Shown here piece by piece: positions 36,876 through 48,550 of a stretch of DNA of 64,000 nt; positions within the stretch are counted from its first letter, which is position 1; every line of letters begins with the position of its first letter. The DNA lies in the NCBI GenBank assembly GCA_028534125.1, contig CM052817.1:13580001-13644000 (forward strand), read 5' to 3'. The notes under the pieces were generated by a model. It saw only the letters and a program-made list of their open reading frames with translations. It did not search any database and was not told the DNA's origin. The position numbers were made by a program, and so were the translations under genes. Source of the DNA: Lama glama. Taxonomy: Eukaryota.

Positions 36876-37430
36876 TGTGTTGGAAAGTCTCAAAGGTTTG
36901 GTGAGTCACCAGAAGGACACACAGGACTCAGCATATAGTCCTACTCATGGCTACGGTTTATTGCAACAGAAGCGTACAAAACAATATCAGCCCAGGGGAA
37001 AGACGTGTTGGGCAAAGTTCAGAGGAACGCAGGTGCAAGCATCCAAGAACCCTCTTCCAGTGGAGTCGTGTGGGACCCACTTAATTTCCCCTGCAAGAGT
37101 CATGACAACATGTTGAATTGTTGCCTATCAGGAAAGCTCATTAAAGACACAGTGTCCAAGGTTTCTATTGGGGTCAGGTCATGTAGACACTCGGCTTAGG
37201 ATGTACCACAATTTCAGACTCCCAGAAGGAAATCAGGGGTTTATTATAAACTCTATTTTTTTGAACAAATAGTTTAGGAACTGTGAGCCAGTCTTACCAG
37301 TTAGGAAGTAATGGGAACCCTCAGGAAATCCAAGTGCACAGATGCCAGACAAGGGTCAACCTGGCAGGCAGCCTTTCAGACTCAGGCTATGGAGATCGGA
37401 CTCAGGCCCGTACGTCAACTTTTCTACACA
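36876..37430 (-). mobile_element. ERVL-class solo LTR (MER68-like; MER21/MER77 group)
   Basis: The minus strand starts tgtgtagaaaagttgacgtacgggcctgag, contains ttccttctgggagtctg, gactccactggaagagg, aataaaccgtagccatgagt and gctgagtcctgtg, and ends ...aacaca; ~555 bp. Confidence 0.85.
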
Positions 37431-38923
37431 ATGCCTAAGGGTATTTGGTTGACAAGATATCTGGCCTTTTGGGGTCTTAGCAAAGCTTGACTAAAGGGAA
37501 GCGTGAGAGGTGAGCAGTGCAGAGAGAAAGGCAGGAATACAGCTGGTTCGGTCCCACCCTCCTCCTTCTGGCAGAAGGAGATGAAAGCTTGGGCAATGTC
37601 TGGATTAATTAGACCATCTGCCTGTCTTCCTACTTGATTTTACTGTTCATCACAAAGGAAACAGAGGTGATTTTCAATGCATTGTACCCTGCAACGCATC
37701 TTTAGCTACTTCCTGAGAAGTACTCATATATTGTATTCCTGTGTTTTGCATGTATTGGAGCTTGCAATTTAATTGAAGTCAACGTCTGCAGAACTCTTTG
37801 GCAAACTGAGACATTCATTTATAAAACTTACTTCTTAAGTCATTCATCCTGTAAGTTCAAAGTTTAGTGTTTTGAGATTTTGTAAAGTAAGGCACAGTTA
37901 TGGGACATTTTCCCCGCCATCAGTGAGTTTGTACACGATTCATTCCAACATATTGAACTTCCTGGAAATTACTGAACTTAGAAAAGCATCTCCTGGATTT
38001 CTTGCTATGGTACAGTATTTGTGCTTTCACCTTAGTTTCGCCTGCTCAAATAATTTAGCTGTTGGCCACTGGGAATAATTGCATAGCCCAAAATAAATTC
38101 TTACACCTCTCTAAACAAAGCAAGAAATTATGAAACCAACAATTAGTATCAAAATACAACCTTTTCGTATTTTTCTTAAGATCTTTTGCTGGTTTTATTT
38201 TGGGACTGTGGCTAGATGGCCTTTTTCCAAGAAAGTGAATGATGATTTTAGTGAGCAGAAAAGGAGAGAGAAGTGTGTGGGTATAAAATATTTAAATTGC
38301 TGCTTTCTTTGCAGCTGTAATAGTGCCTGTAACTGATGAGATTACAATATTTAGAACTCACAGGTATTTATTCCTATCTTAAAATATTCTGAGGGCCATA
38401 ATATTTTTAAATTGCATTTCTTTGAAATATGATAAAAATTGATTAAAAGTAAGAAAAGTCTTTTCCTTGATACAATATTAATCCCTTCATGGAATAGCTT
38501 TACTAAATAAAGAAAAAAAAGTGAAGACAAAAATATTTCTTTCTTGCTAGCATTTTGATTTTTGGAAGAGGATTTGAGACTGAATTCTAGCTGTTTGTTT
38601 TCAGTATTCATTACAGTTTAAATTAAAATGTGTGGAATTTAGTTATAACGTCCCAATGCCATTTCAGTTGTATGCAGCTGAGCAAGTGCAGTGCCTTAGA
38701 AAAATGCCATGTTTATCTATATTTTTAAAAGGGTATTTTTAAAGCTAGAAAACAATACACCAGCATATATTTTTAAGCTATTATTTGTCAAAGCAGTGTT
38801 ATATTAAAATGTCTACTGTTTCCAGGGCTTTTTAATAATTGAAGACATGATTTATTTCCAGGGGACTACCTAATTCAATTCTGAGAGGAACAATAGAAAC
38901 ATTAGAACAAAAACTAAGAACTT

Positions 38924-38941
38924 TGTGTGTGTGTGTGTGTG
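38924..38941. repeat. (TG)n microsatellite
   Basis: About 9 TG units. Confidence 0.9.
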
Positions 38942-39419
38942 CAACTGGACACAGAGAACAATAATAAGAGTATTAAAATATGTTCAAAGAAATGCATTTT
39001 CTCAATGTTAGCTCTAATACATGGCATTGTGGTGTCACTTTTAAAACTATGTAAAAGCTATACATTACATTAACTTACGCTTAGCAAATACAGAATTTCA
39101 AAGATAGTTCCAATTTTATTCTTTTTCAAAATCAAAACTGACTTGTCAAAATGTGCATAAGTGCAGATTTAATTTTCAGCTTTTAAAGTTCTTCATATAA
39201 ATGAAGTTTTAAAGTTTTGTGATGGCATACATTACTGTAAATAAACAAATTAGGAAAAAAATTCCAGGTTATTACATTTGATTAATATTGCAAAATAGAA
39301 ACATTGCTTTTAAAAATCATGTTTTTGCATCATTGAAATTTAGAGAAATCCTCATAACTTAAGTATTCCTTGCCACGTTTGGAACTATTATTTATAAAAG
39401 TACAGAGTGGAACCTAGCT

Positions 39420-39685
39420 AATTCTACCAGTATTTATTAAATGCCTCATAAACATAGAACCTAATTCTCTCATCAACTCTGATGCTCTAGTGGGAGATGA
39501 ATACAAGTAAATAGGTATTTATAATACAACTTGATAAGTACAATGTTCCAAGTTAATAAGAACGTTGTAGAAATCCACAGAAGGAGTACCCGGCTCTACC
39601 AATGGAAGGGGATAACTTAATGAAAGCTTTTCCAAAGTAATGACACAGAAGTTGGATCATTACTTGGATTCTAGTAGGATTATCC
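39420..39685 (-). mobile_element. L2 fragment
   Basis: gtatttattaaatgcct...ctctagtgggagatg...ttataatacaacttgataagtacaatg. Confidence 0.6.
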
Positions 39686-39916
39686 ATGGTTCATGATATT
39701 TTAAAACAATTTCAAGATAAGATCTGGCAGACCCAATATTAGTGAACATTCACAATGTTAACCCAAACAATTGTTGCCTTAGGCGAAAAGTGTATTGATT
39801 TTGACTCTCCAGTCCTTTCTTTCCACAAAACTTTAGATACCGTGTCTAGCTAAAAAGGCAGAAAACCAGAAAGCAGTTTAGCCAGCTCTGAATTAAAATT
39901 ACTGAACAATGTGCAT

Positions 39917-40026
39917 GGGTGGCTACCCATCCTGGTCCATCAAGGGTGTCTCGGGATTCTAGCACTCAAAGTCTCATGTCTCAGGAAACCCCTCAGTATC
40001 GGGCAAAGCAAATGATTGGTTACACT
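39917..40026. mobile_element. MER81-like hAT-Blackjack MITE
   Basis: gggtggctacccatcctgg...tagcactcaaagtctcatgtctcaggaaacccctcagtatcgggcaaagc...ttggttacact. Confidence 0.75.
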
Positions 40027-40707
40027 GATCATGGGTTTCTCCCAGCCAATGGGATACACTCCTACCCTTCTATTTGTATATGTGCATTTAGGTAAAAAAA
40101 GGTTTGGTAAAGTTGAACGTCATCTAAAGGATCAGAAACAAGCACTTGTTTGAAGAATGTATGGAAAACATACACAACGAAGACCCTTCCTGTCTAAATG
40201 ATGAAAAATTTAGAAGGCAAATCTAAGAAGTTATGATGTAAATGGAGCAGAGTTCAGAAGATGGATCAACTTGGTTTTCTCTTCCTCTAATTTCTCCCTG
40301 TCCATCTGTCCCTGCCCTCCCCACTGCCCTCGTGTACACACACAGTTAGGCCTCTCATATTTTAGCAAAATAAAGCAATTTATTCCTCAAAGAGCTGCCA
40401 TCTAATATCAGAAGTTCAGGCCATTACACCCTGAACTTCTCTTCTAAACTTCATCAAGACTTTCCACAGCTCTTCTTAATTTATGAGATCATTTTGCGTC
40501 ATGCACTACTCGGGACTACTCCTTTCCTGAAGTGTCTCTCCTCTTCTGCTTTATTGACACCACATCCTCCTGGGTTTCCTCTCACAAAGGCTTTGGTCAT
40601 TCTTTCCCATTATGCACTTCTCTTATTTCTATTGCCCTTAAATTTGAATATTCATGCTCCGTGGAGTTCTGTCATTGGTTTGCTTCTGTCTTTAATCCAC
40701 ACTTGCA

Positions 40708-40938
40708 CATTTAACCATTGAACAACACAAGTTTGAACTGGTGGGTCCACATAGAGGTGGATTCTCTTCAGTAGATAAGTACTACACAGTCTGTGGTGGG
40801 CAGAATCCATCTACATGAACCACCTGAGGATATGGAGGAACCGAGGATACAGAGCACCAACCATATATTGTACGTGGATTTTTTTTACTGGTTGGAAGGT
40901 TGGGGACCCCAACCCCCCCATTGTTCAAGGGCTGACCG
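40708..40938. mobile_element. MER8-like TcMar-Tigger MITE
   Basis: Inverted ends catttaaccattgaacaacac / ttgttcaagggctgaccg; internal gtttgaactg...ggtccac and ggaaccgaggatacagag. Confidence 0.85.
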
Positions 40939-40939
40939 T

Positions 40940-41108
40940 GTAGGCATTGCTGATGTCACAGTGGATTAAAAAAAAAGATAAAAATCTCTACCATCATGGT
41001 GCTTAAATTGTAATGAGGAGAAATGGACAATATCCACATTAAGAAAATACAAATAGATTATCAGATGGCCCCAAGCACTACAGAGAAAATTAAAGCTGGC
41101 AAGAGGGC
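40940..41108 (-). mobile_element. L2 3' fragment, antisense to the host L2
   Basis: aaaaatctctaccatcatggtgctt...tcagatgg...aagcactacagagaaaattaaagc. Confidence 0.7.
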
Positions 41109-41109
41109 C

Positions 41110-41557
41110 TTATTACTTTCCTAGGGTTATTGTAACAAATTACTTCAAACTCAGTGGCTTAAAACAACAGAAATTAATTCCATCATGGTTCTGGAGGCCA
41201 CAAGTCTAAAATCAAAGTGCCTGTAAGGCTGTATTCCCTTCAAAAGCTCTAGGAGAGGATCATTTTTTGCCTCTTTTAGAGTCTCTGGGCATTCACTGGT
41301 TTGTGGTACCATAACTCCAATCTCTGTCTTTGTACTCACATGACTTTTCCCTGCGTTCTGTCTCTTCCATCTTTCTGCATCTCTGCATCTCCCTCTCCTT
41401 ATAAAGATACCAGTGGTTGGATTTAGGGCCCATCCATACCCAATATAATTTCATCTTAACTTGATTACATTGTCAAAGATCCTATTTCCAAATAAGGTCA
41501 CTCTCACAGGTTCCAGGTAAACACTGATTCTGAGGAGACACTATTCCAACCACTGCA
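41110..41557 (-). mobile_element. MaLR solo LTR (MLT1B/C-like)
   Basis: tttcctagggttattgtaacaaattac...cagtggcttaaaacaacagaaatt...ttctggaggcc...ggatttagggccca...cctatttccaaataaggtcac...ctattccaaccactgca. Confidence 0.92.
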
Positions 41558-41597
41558 GAGAGAAGAGGCAAGATGGCGGACTATTCCAACCACTGCA
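41540..41597. repeat. Perfect 18-bp direct repeat flanking a 22-nt insert
   Basis: actattccaaccactgca (41540-41557), gagagaagaggcaagatggcgg (41558-41579), actattccaaccactgca (41580-41597). Confidence 0.95.
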
Positions 41598-42239
41598 AAG
41601 TCTAAGGAATATTGATTGCAGAGATAGATGAAGAAGATGAGGACATCATTGAGTTACACGGAGAGCTCACAGGACCTCAAGCACAACATGTCCAACATGG
41701 AAGTCATAATAAGTATCTCTTAAAACCAGCTTCTGAAGTCTTGCAAATACCCTGTTCCTCAGCTGGAAAACTAGAAACCATCCTAGACTCTTAAGTCCCA
41801 CTCAGCCTACCTCCACGTCCTAACAATCTCTAAGTCCTGTTCATCTTACCTCCTAAAAATCTACTAAGGTATCTCTAGCCCTACTCTTCTGCCTTTATTT
41901 AGGCCATTTTTATTTCTGTTCAAGTTCCCCATTCACATTGTCTACACTGCCTTAGGGGGAATTTCGACAAGAACAACCTTATCATGTCACACGTGTGCAT
42001 GACATTCTTCAACAGCTCTCCAATATTTGAGATAAACTATGTTCTCTCCTATGAGGATATAGAAATTCTATACAATTTTTCTTAGCAGACACTCCGAAAG
42101 AAGCTCCCAAGACTCAGAAACCCTTTCTGTGGTTCCCAAAGACCTTTGTATCAACCAATAGTCCCAGGTCTTCCTGTAGACCACTCATCCTCAACCAGTA
42201 GCTCCTTGCTAATCAGCCACGGCTATCACCGTCATCGCT

Positions 42240-42400
42240 CCCGCCACTTAATGAGCAGTGACAATGTATCTGATCTTGTCTGTGGTCGTACATGCCTACT
42301 GTACGTAGAAGTTTTAATTTACATAAGAACATCAATGAGGTAGGTGTTAGGATTCCCATAATATAAACTAGAAAGCTGGAACACCAGAGCTTTTCTTGCC
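42240..42400 (-). mobile_element. MIR SINE
   Basis: ccacttaatgagcagtgacaatgt...atgaggtaggtgttaggattcccat. Confidence 0.6.
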
Positions 42401-43069
42401 TGCAGATCCTAGATCATACCCAAGATAGTTTTGTTAGGTATAAACTAGAACTGATACTTTTCACCTCACAGAAGTGTTGATCTAAGAATGAACTTCATTT
42501 AAAGAGATATTTAGTACAGACACTGGCACCTAGCAAGACTTCAAGCAATGACAACGGTGACAAGATTCATCACGCCATATAATCTTCTGACAGAAGAAAA
42601 GAAGGTGTTCAAGGGAAAGGTTCTGCCCGAGATAAAGTCAGCCCTGAGCCCTTAACAGCACTGAAGAGCTACTCTTTCCATCCAGACAGATACCTACCCC
42701 TTAGACTCAGGTAGGATTACCTAACACAACCACAGGATAGGAATAGGTTTAGAGAAGACTGTTACAATCACTCATTCAGTTAACATTCTTTCAGTATCTT
42801 TTATGTGCCAGCTTCTGAGATTACATAGATTTATTTAAAAAAAAAACACCCTGTCCTAAAGATTTTATCACTCAAAAAAGACACAGACATACGTATATAT
42901 CAATATATACAAATCAATACTAATTTTCATTCCTCAACAATGATTTATTGAACACTTACTCTATACTCTGTGCTCTAATAGGTATGAAAAATATCCCAAT
43001 GTTCCAGTCTACAAGGCAGAGGTTTAAAATGTCAGTACTATCGATGCCCACGTTCTCTACTGTCTTCAC

Positions 43070-43283
43070 TCTGGCCAGTGTTTGTTGTGTTTGTCACCAC
43101 TAAATATCCAGTCACCAATAACCCTTTTTAAGTTTCATCAGGTTTTGCCACTGTTGTGTGATGGCTACAGTTTTCAATCACTGAGGCCCCAGAATGACCA
43201 GGCTTTAAGTGAAGATATTTAAGAGCAGACTTTTCCGAATGTCTCTCTCCTCCCTACTGTCCTTGGGCACTGCACACAGTACT
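43070..43283 (+). repeat. Local direct duplication, copy 1 (~214 bp)
   Basis: Aligns without gaps to 44694-44907; 14 mismatches by manual count. Confidence 0.97.
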
Positions 43284-44693
43284 CAGACTACATAAAACAC
43301 CGCCCACATCCCACCTATATCCACTCATCTCTTTATTCTCCTATATTATTTGCATATTCTCTGTCATGAACTAGTTCACAAGCAATGGGAGAAAAAAGTG
43401 TGTCTCATTTATTTTTCAATCTCTCATCACTTCCTACCCAGTGCAAAGCAAAATAGTTAAAATTTAGCCCAAGGCTGGTACCTGAAAAATGGCTAGTAAT
43501 AAAACCATAGTTATTAAAACAGAGTGCAGATCACAAACATGAATAATAGCTACCCCTCCGAGCATTCCCGGTGGGTACTCTGGGACTCCGGCACTGTCCA
43601 GGGCCCGGACTCGGGCAGGCAGGTCAGTGGACTAATCTGTTGGCTGAAGGAAAAAGATGCTCTTTTCTCGGTGTCTGTTCTGCCCTCCTCCAGAGCTCTG
43701 CTGCCACGAGGCAGGAGAGGTAGAAGTGTCCTTGAGGGTAAGGGCTGGCTTGGTGCTGAAACACTCAACACCCACCTCGAGTGTGGGGCCACTTGTACGA
43801 CGTGTAGGGAACTTCTTCACTCACAAGCACATGCTGAGGGCACTAGCAGAAGGTGACACCAAAGGGTTTTTTTTTTTTTTTAAAGAATCTGATATTTCAA
43901 ATTGGGGCAAAAAGGCACTTATGAAATCACCCTAGGAAAATCAGAATTCAGTTTGATTTTCTTGCCTTTGTTTTATCATTTAGAATTAGTTTTCAATACA
44001 TAAAAGAGAATTACCAAAGCCTTTTCCATTTTTAAGACATCAGAAAGCTTTCACATGGTCTTGATGGAATAAAAGTTAGGACCTTTCTTGGACAAGGCCA
44101 CTGCCATTCACATAATGAGACTCTTTCCTGTTTATAGACCACACTTCAGTCTGTCCAGGGTATTTCATAAGCAAATACTTAGGCCACAATTATTTATACA
44201 AATTAATAAAGTCAAGCCATAGGTTTAATCTTTCTTCAGCTCACAATCTTAACCATAATTTTTTTTTAAGATAAATAATTCTGGGTTTTTTTCCACAAAG
44301 ATACCACACAAAGATTTTCAAAAAGCTAGAACAGGTAACTACATCCTGTTTAGTGGTTTTCAATTTTAAATCACAACAAAAGAAACTGCTAACCAAGGAT
44401 GGACAGACTTTCTCATCTTTAAGTTCACACATCTTTAAGTTCTGAAGAGACAGAGCTCATGCAAATATCATCTTGAATATTAAATAGAGCTTTTGATGTA
44501 ATTACACTGAGTCTTCCCTAGGTTCTTCTCATACAAAGGATTTTATTATTTTTCAATATAAATTCACTGCTCAACGAAAGGTGGACACTGAATCAGGAGA
44601 AGCAACATAAGGAGTAGCCCATGAAAGCTCGTATGTTTACCTTTAGCATTGATGGGCTCAGAGATTAACCATACACCATGAAGCCAAATCCAG

Positions 44694-44907
44694 TCTGGCC
44701 AGTGTTTGTTGTGTTTGTCACCACTAAATATCCAGTCACCAATGATCCTTTTTAAGTTTTATCAGACTTTGCCACTGTTATGTGATGGCTACAGTTCTCA
44801 GTCCCTGAGGCCCCAGAATGACCAGGCTTTAAATGAAGATATTTAAGAGCAGACTTTTCCGACTGTCTCTCTCCTCCCTACTGTCCTTGGTCTCTGCACA
44901 CAGAACT
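44694..44907 (+). repeat. Local direct duplication, copy 2 (~214 bp)
   Basis: Offset 1624 bp from copy 1; ~93% identical. Confidence 0.97.
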
Positions 44908-44917
44908 AGCCCCTCCC

Positions 44918-45071
44918 TTCTTCTGTATATCACAGGGAACTATATTCAATACCTTTTAATAACTTTTAATGAAAAAGAATATGAAAATGAGTATATATAT
45001 ATGCATGAACACTATGCTGTACACCAGAAATTGACACACTGTAACTGACTATACTTCAACTAAAAAAAAAA
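44918..45071 (+). mobile_element. Heavily 5'-truncated camelid-type L1 3' end with poly(A)
   Basis: tctgtatatcacagggaactatattcaatac...atgctgtacaccagaaattgacacactgtaactgactatacttcaactaaaaaaaaaa; similar to the reverse complement of 14125-14270. Confidence 0.92.
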
Positions 45072-45289
45072 GATTTCTGGGACATACACCTCACTATAGG
45101 AAAAAAATAAAACAAAGATAAGATTCCCCTTCCATATTCTCCAGATTCTCTCTATTGCCTTTCTTTACTGACAGATGGTGCCCGTGCCTCGATGACTCCT
45201 ATCCTCAGAGCTGAACTTTCACCTCTTTCTCCCCATCTTCGTTTGGAAATTTGTTGGAATATTATTTTATGCTTACATCTCTGATTTCT

Positions 45290-46255
45290 CATTGCTCATT
45301 TCCTGTTTGATCAACTAGAAATGATTTCACCCCTACCCCTTTAGCAAAACTGTTTTGACAACCTCATCTACTATCCTCTTATATTCAAATTCAGTGAATC
45401 ATTTTAAGATCACTTACTAAACTTTTGTGTTGCATTTGACACTGTGGACATTCTGGAATCTTTAAAGTTTCCTGATATCTCACTCTAAATCTCTCACCAT
45501 TCCTTCTTACCCGTCCTCATCCTTAAATATTGCCTTACTGCATTACATCATCTTTGACCTCACTCTACACATTTCTAAGAGTGATTGCTTTCAACTCTTA
45601 TGTCCTCCTTTGCCATCTCCATGCTGAGACCTGTTCATCTAACAGCCTGCAAGGCAGATCCTCCTAGATTTCCATCTTTCCTTCAGTGCCAGATGTCAAA
45701 ATGTGAACCTCTGATCTTCTCCACTAAACAGCATAGACATCTTTTCTTCTTATCTGGATTGAATGTACTACCGTCTGATGCAATCACCCATCATGCAAAT
45801 CTGGAGTCCGAAAATGCAAAAATGATTATGTCATTTCAGTTCTAGACTTACTTCCTATAACTGCATGACTTAACACTTGATGCAGATCCCCGTATTCACC
45901 AACTATTTCACAACGATGTGTCTCTGGTTGGACAATGTTCTCTACCTGAAATGCCATTCTAGCTCTACTTTCAATCAATCATTTTTCATGTGTCCATTAA
46001 AATACAGCTCAGTTATCATTTCCTCTAAGAAGCCTCCTTGTCTGTTCCAGGTTGAATTAGATGCCATCTCTCAGCTGTTCTACAGTGACTAATCGATTAG
46101 TGCAGCTGTCATTTAACTTTTTTGTAACTGTCTTCCCAAAAGTCTGTGAGGTCTCTGAGGGAAGTGTCTGTCTCTCATTCATCTGGGATGCCCCCAGCAT
46201 TCTACAAGGCGCCAGACAAAAGCCCGACGTTAAAAAAAAAAATTTAATTGACAAT
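45290..46255 (+). mobile_element. Degraded L2, ~1 kb
   Basis: gcatttgacactgtggaca; ccttaaatattg; tail ctgtgaggtctctgagggaag...ctcattcatctgggatgcccccagcattct. Confidence 0.7.
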
Positions 46256-46684
46256 TGAGGAGATGACTTCACCTTTTATTTTTCCCATGAAAAACGAGGT
46301 AAGATGTGGTTTTCACGTTCAGAGGTTGCTGAAATAATTGGGGTAAGTACTTTCTTCAGATCTTTATTTTGAAGCATCTAGGCTATGAAACTTACAAAAT
46401 AAATTTCTTATGTAGTCATTTCCTGTAAAAGATGTTCAGATTGTTGCTCATTTCTCGAAAGTCCAATTTCTTAGAAAATAACTTAAGACTTTCACCTAAT
46501 CGAGACTTCCTTTTAACCAAGTATCTTTTCCGGGCCATGTAGGGAATCCTCTTATCATTACTTCTTTCCTCCTCCTTTGACCTAGCTTTGTCCTTGTCCT
46601 GCTTCCACCAAACACTGAACGTGAGGAGGAAATATGGGTATGGACTGAATCCCTGTTGTACGAAGGCAGGACAAGATTCTGGAA

Positions 46685-46865
46685 AGAACACGGGCTTAGA
46701 GATGGGCACACTGGATTCTAATATCAAGCATTCAATGACTTGGTAATATTGAGCAAGTTTCTCAACCATTTGGTTTTCATTTCATCGCCTTTGAAAAGAG
46801 AAGTAACAATACTACTCTACTGGAATTTTGTGAGATTACATGAGCTAATGCCTTTAAAATACCCC
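46685..46865 (+). mobile_element. MIR SINE
   Basis: ttgagcaagtttctcaacc...ttttgtgagattacatgagctaatg. Confidence 0.75.
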
Positions 46866-47699
46866 AAACAATAATTTGACCAGATACAAAAGCCTAAGAG
46901 AACGAGATAAATGTTTGAATATTCTCTTTGCATGCTCTCTAATTCATAGTAACACACATAATGAAAATAAGCCTTCTGAGAAGTAAGCTTCTCAGTAAAA
47001 TAAAAGCAAGGGTGATAAGATTTTTTTTCCCTGTGTGGATAATGAACTTATTTCTGCTTTGCTTGACTGGTTGCCAAAGCTTTGTCCTTGACTATATGAA
47101 AGTAGAAATTGGATGAATTTTTCTTAATTGGCAAAAAAAAAAAACCTACCTTAGAGCAAAAGTTATAAAAGAGAGATATTCTTAATAGAAAGCTTAGCAC
47201 AGATAGAAAGTTGCAAATGGAACATTTTGTTGTCAAAGGGATGGAGAAAGAAGGACAAAAGGAGAAGAACTTTTAAAGACAGAAATTCTCTGGTTATGAA
47301 GATTGATTATTTAAGCAAGGTTAGTTTTTTGAGGCTTATTGGCCTGTTATGTTTAAAATGGCAAACAACAAAATGTTACTGCTGATTAGACATCCAATGA
47401 AATGTCACATGGAAAGGTTAACTATTTTAAAGAATGTTATGTATTCTTGTATTTAAAATGTCATGGTTATTAGTTTCGAAACAGAGCTCACTGATAAAAC
47501 AGGAACAAATATATGATCTAGAGAGGGAGGCAGAAGAATTTTATTATTTGTCCAGCATATAAAAATATGAGGAAAAAATATTGTATCATATTGAGCTTGT
47601 ATCTTTCATTTGAAACATTCACCTTTGACCATTTCTATAGTGGCTTAGGCCCAGAGTTATTTTGGTTTATGCAGCTCTGACCCCAGGTAGATTTGCAAA

Positions 47700-48060
47700 G
47701 AACAACAAAATGTACATGTAGAAGGTCTATTATGTGCCAAGGAGGAATCCAGACACTGAGGAAAGAGAATGAACAAAACAGGGAAGGTTCCCGGCCCCAG
47801 GGAGGTTACATTTTAGTGGGGGCAGTGCGGCTTACAGTAGGGACATCATCATCTGATGTGATGTCCTAGAGTAACAGGTGCTATGAAGAAAGAAAGTGGG
47901 GCTGGACGTTGCTATTTCCCTGTCTACCCACTGGAGTCATAATGGGCGGTTGAAATTTCTTTGAAGAGGTGATATTTAAGAAGAAACCTCAATGAACAGA
48001 GGGAGCAAACGCGTGGCTGTCTCAGGCAAGAGTCTGGCATGCGCAGGTGAGAAACAGGGT
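47700..48060 (-). mobile_element. L2 3' fragment
   Basis: ctattatgtgccaagg...aatgaacaaaacagggaaggttcc...ggaggttacattttagtgggg...gtgctatgaagaaa...gaggtgatatttaag. Confidence 0.8.
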
Positions 48061-48419
48061 TGTGGCTGCCTGTCTTGCTTCCCCTCGTTGCAATCTTCAG
48101 CTACTGCTGCTGCAGGTGGGTTTGTGGAGGGAGGATTAAGAGCAACGTTCTGGGCACTGGGCAAACCAGAGAAATGCCGGGACATTTCCCCATGAGAACC
48201 AACCTCTAAGCCAGGCTGAACTACCTCCGTCCTGCAGATGAAGCAACTGCGCTTCATGAAACTGAAGGAACGCGTGTGTTCTCTCAGCTAGGAAAATCTT
48301 AATCTGTCAGTCCCCAACTCAAAGCCTAAGCGATGTTGCATCCCCGAGGATTCCTGAAGCTCATGCAGTGGCAGAAGGCACTGCAAGCTCAGCGCCAGAG
48401 CTTTCCTTTCTGCTCTCTC

Positions 48420-48550
48420 CTTCGGTTCCCCACCACAGCGCTGTGAGGCAGGGCTGTGATCCGCAGTGCTCGACAAGGAAACTGAGGCTGGGGAGGCTTA
48501 AGTAACTTGTTCAAAGGGACGATGGGTCCAGAATAAAAGCTAATCCCTGC
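48420..48550 (-). mobile_element. MIR core
   Basis: cacagcgctgtgaggcagg...aaggaaactgaggctggggaggcttaagtaacttgttcaa. Confidence 0.75.

Larger units (their letters stand above)
40440..42030 (+). mobile_element. L2 interrupted by a stack of later insertions
   Basis: gacaccacatcctcctgggtttcctctc (~40557); resumes gacctcaagcacaacatgtccaa (~41672), cctgttcatcttacctcctaaa, tcttcaacagctctcc. Confidence 0.65.

Noticed and set aside
41612..41794. Acidic peptide IAEIDEEDEDIIELHGE suggesting a processed pseudogene
   Set aside because: Short, lies within L2 remnants, and no parent gene is recognisable.
46975..46994. Short perfect hairpins (ctgagaag-taag-cttctcag; similar ones at ~976 and ~55988)
   Set aside because: 8-bp stems occur at chance frequency and are too short for a miRNA or other structured RNA.
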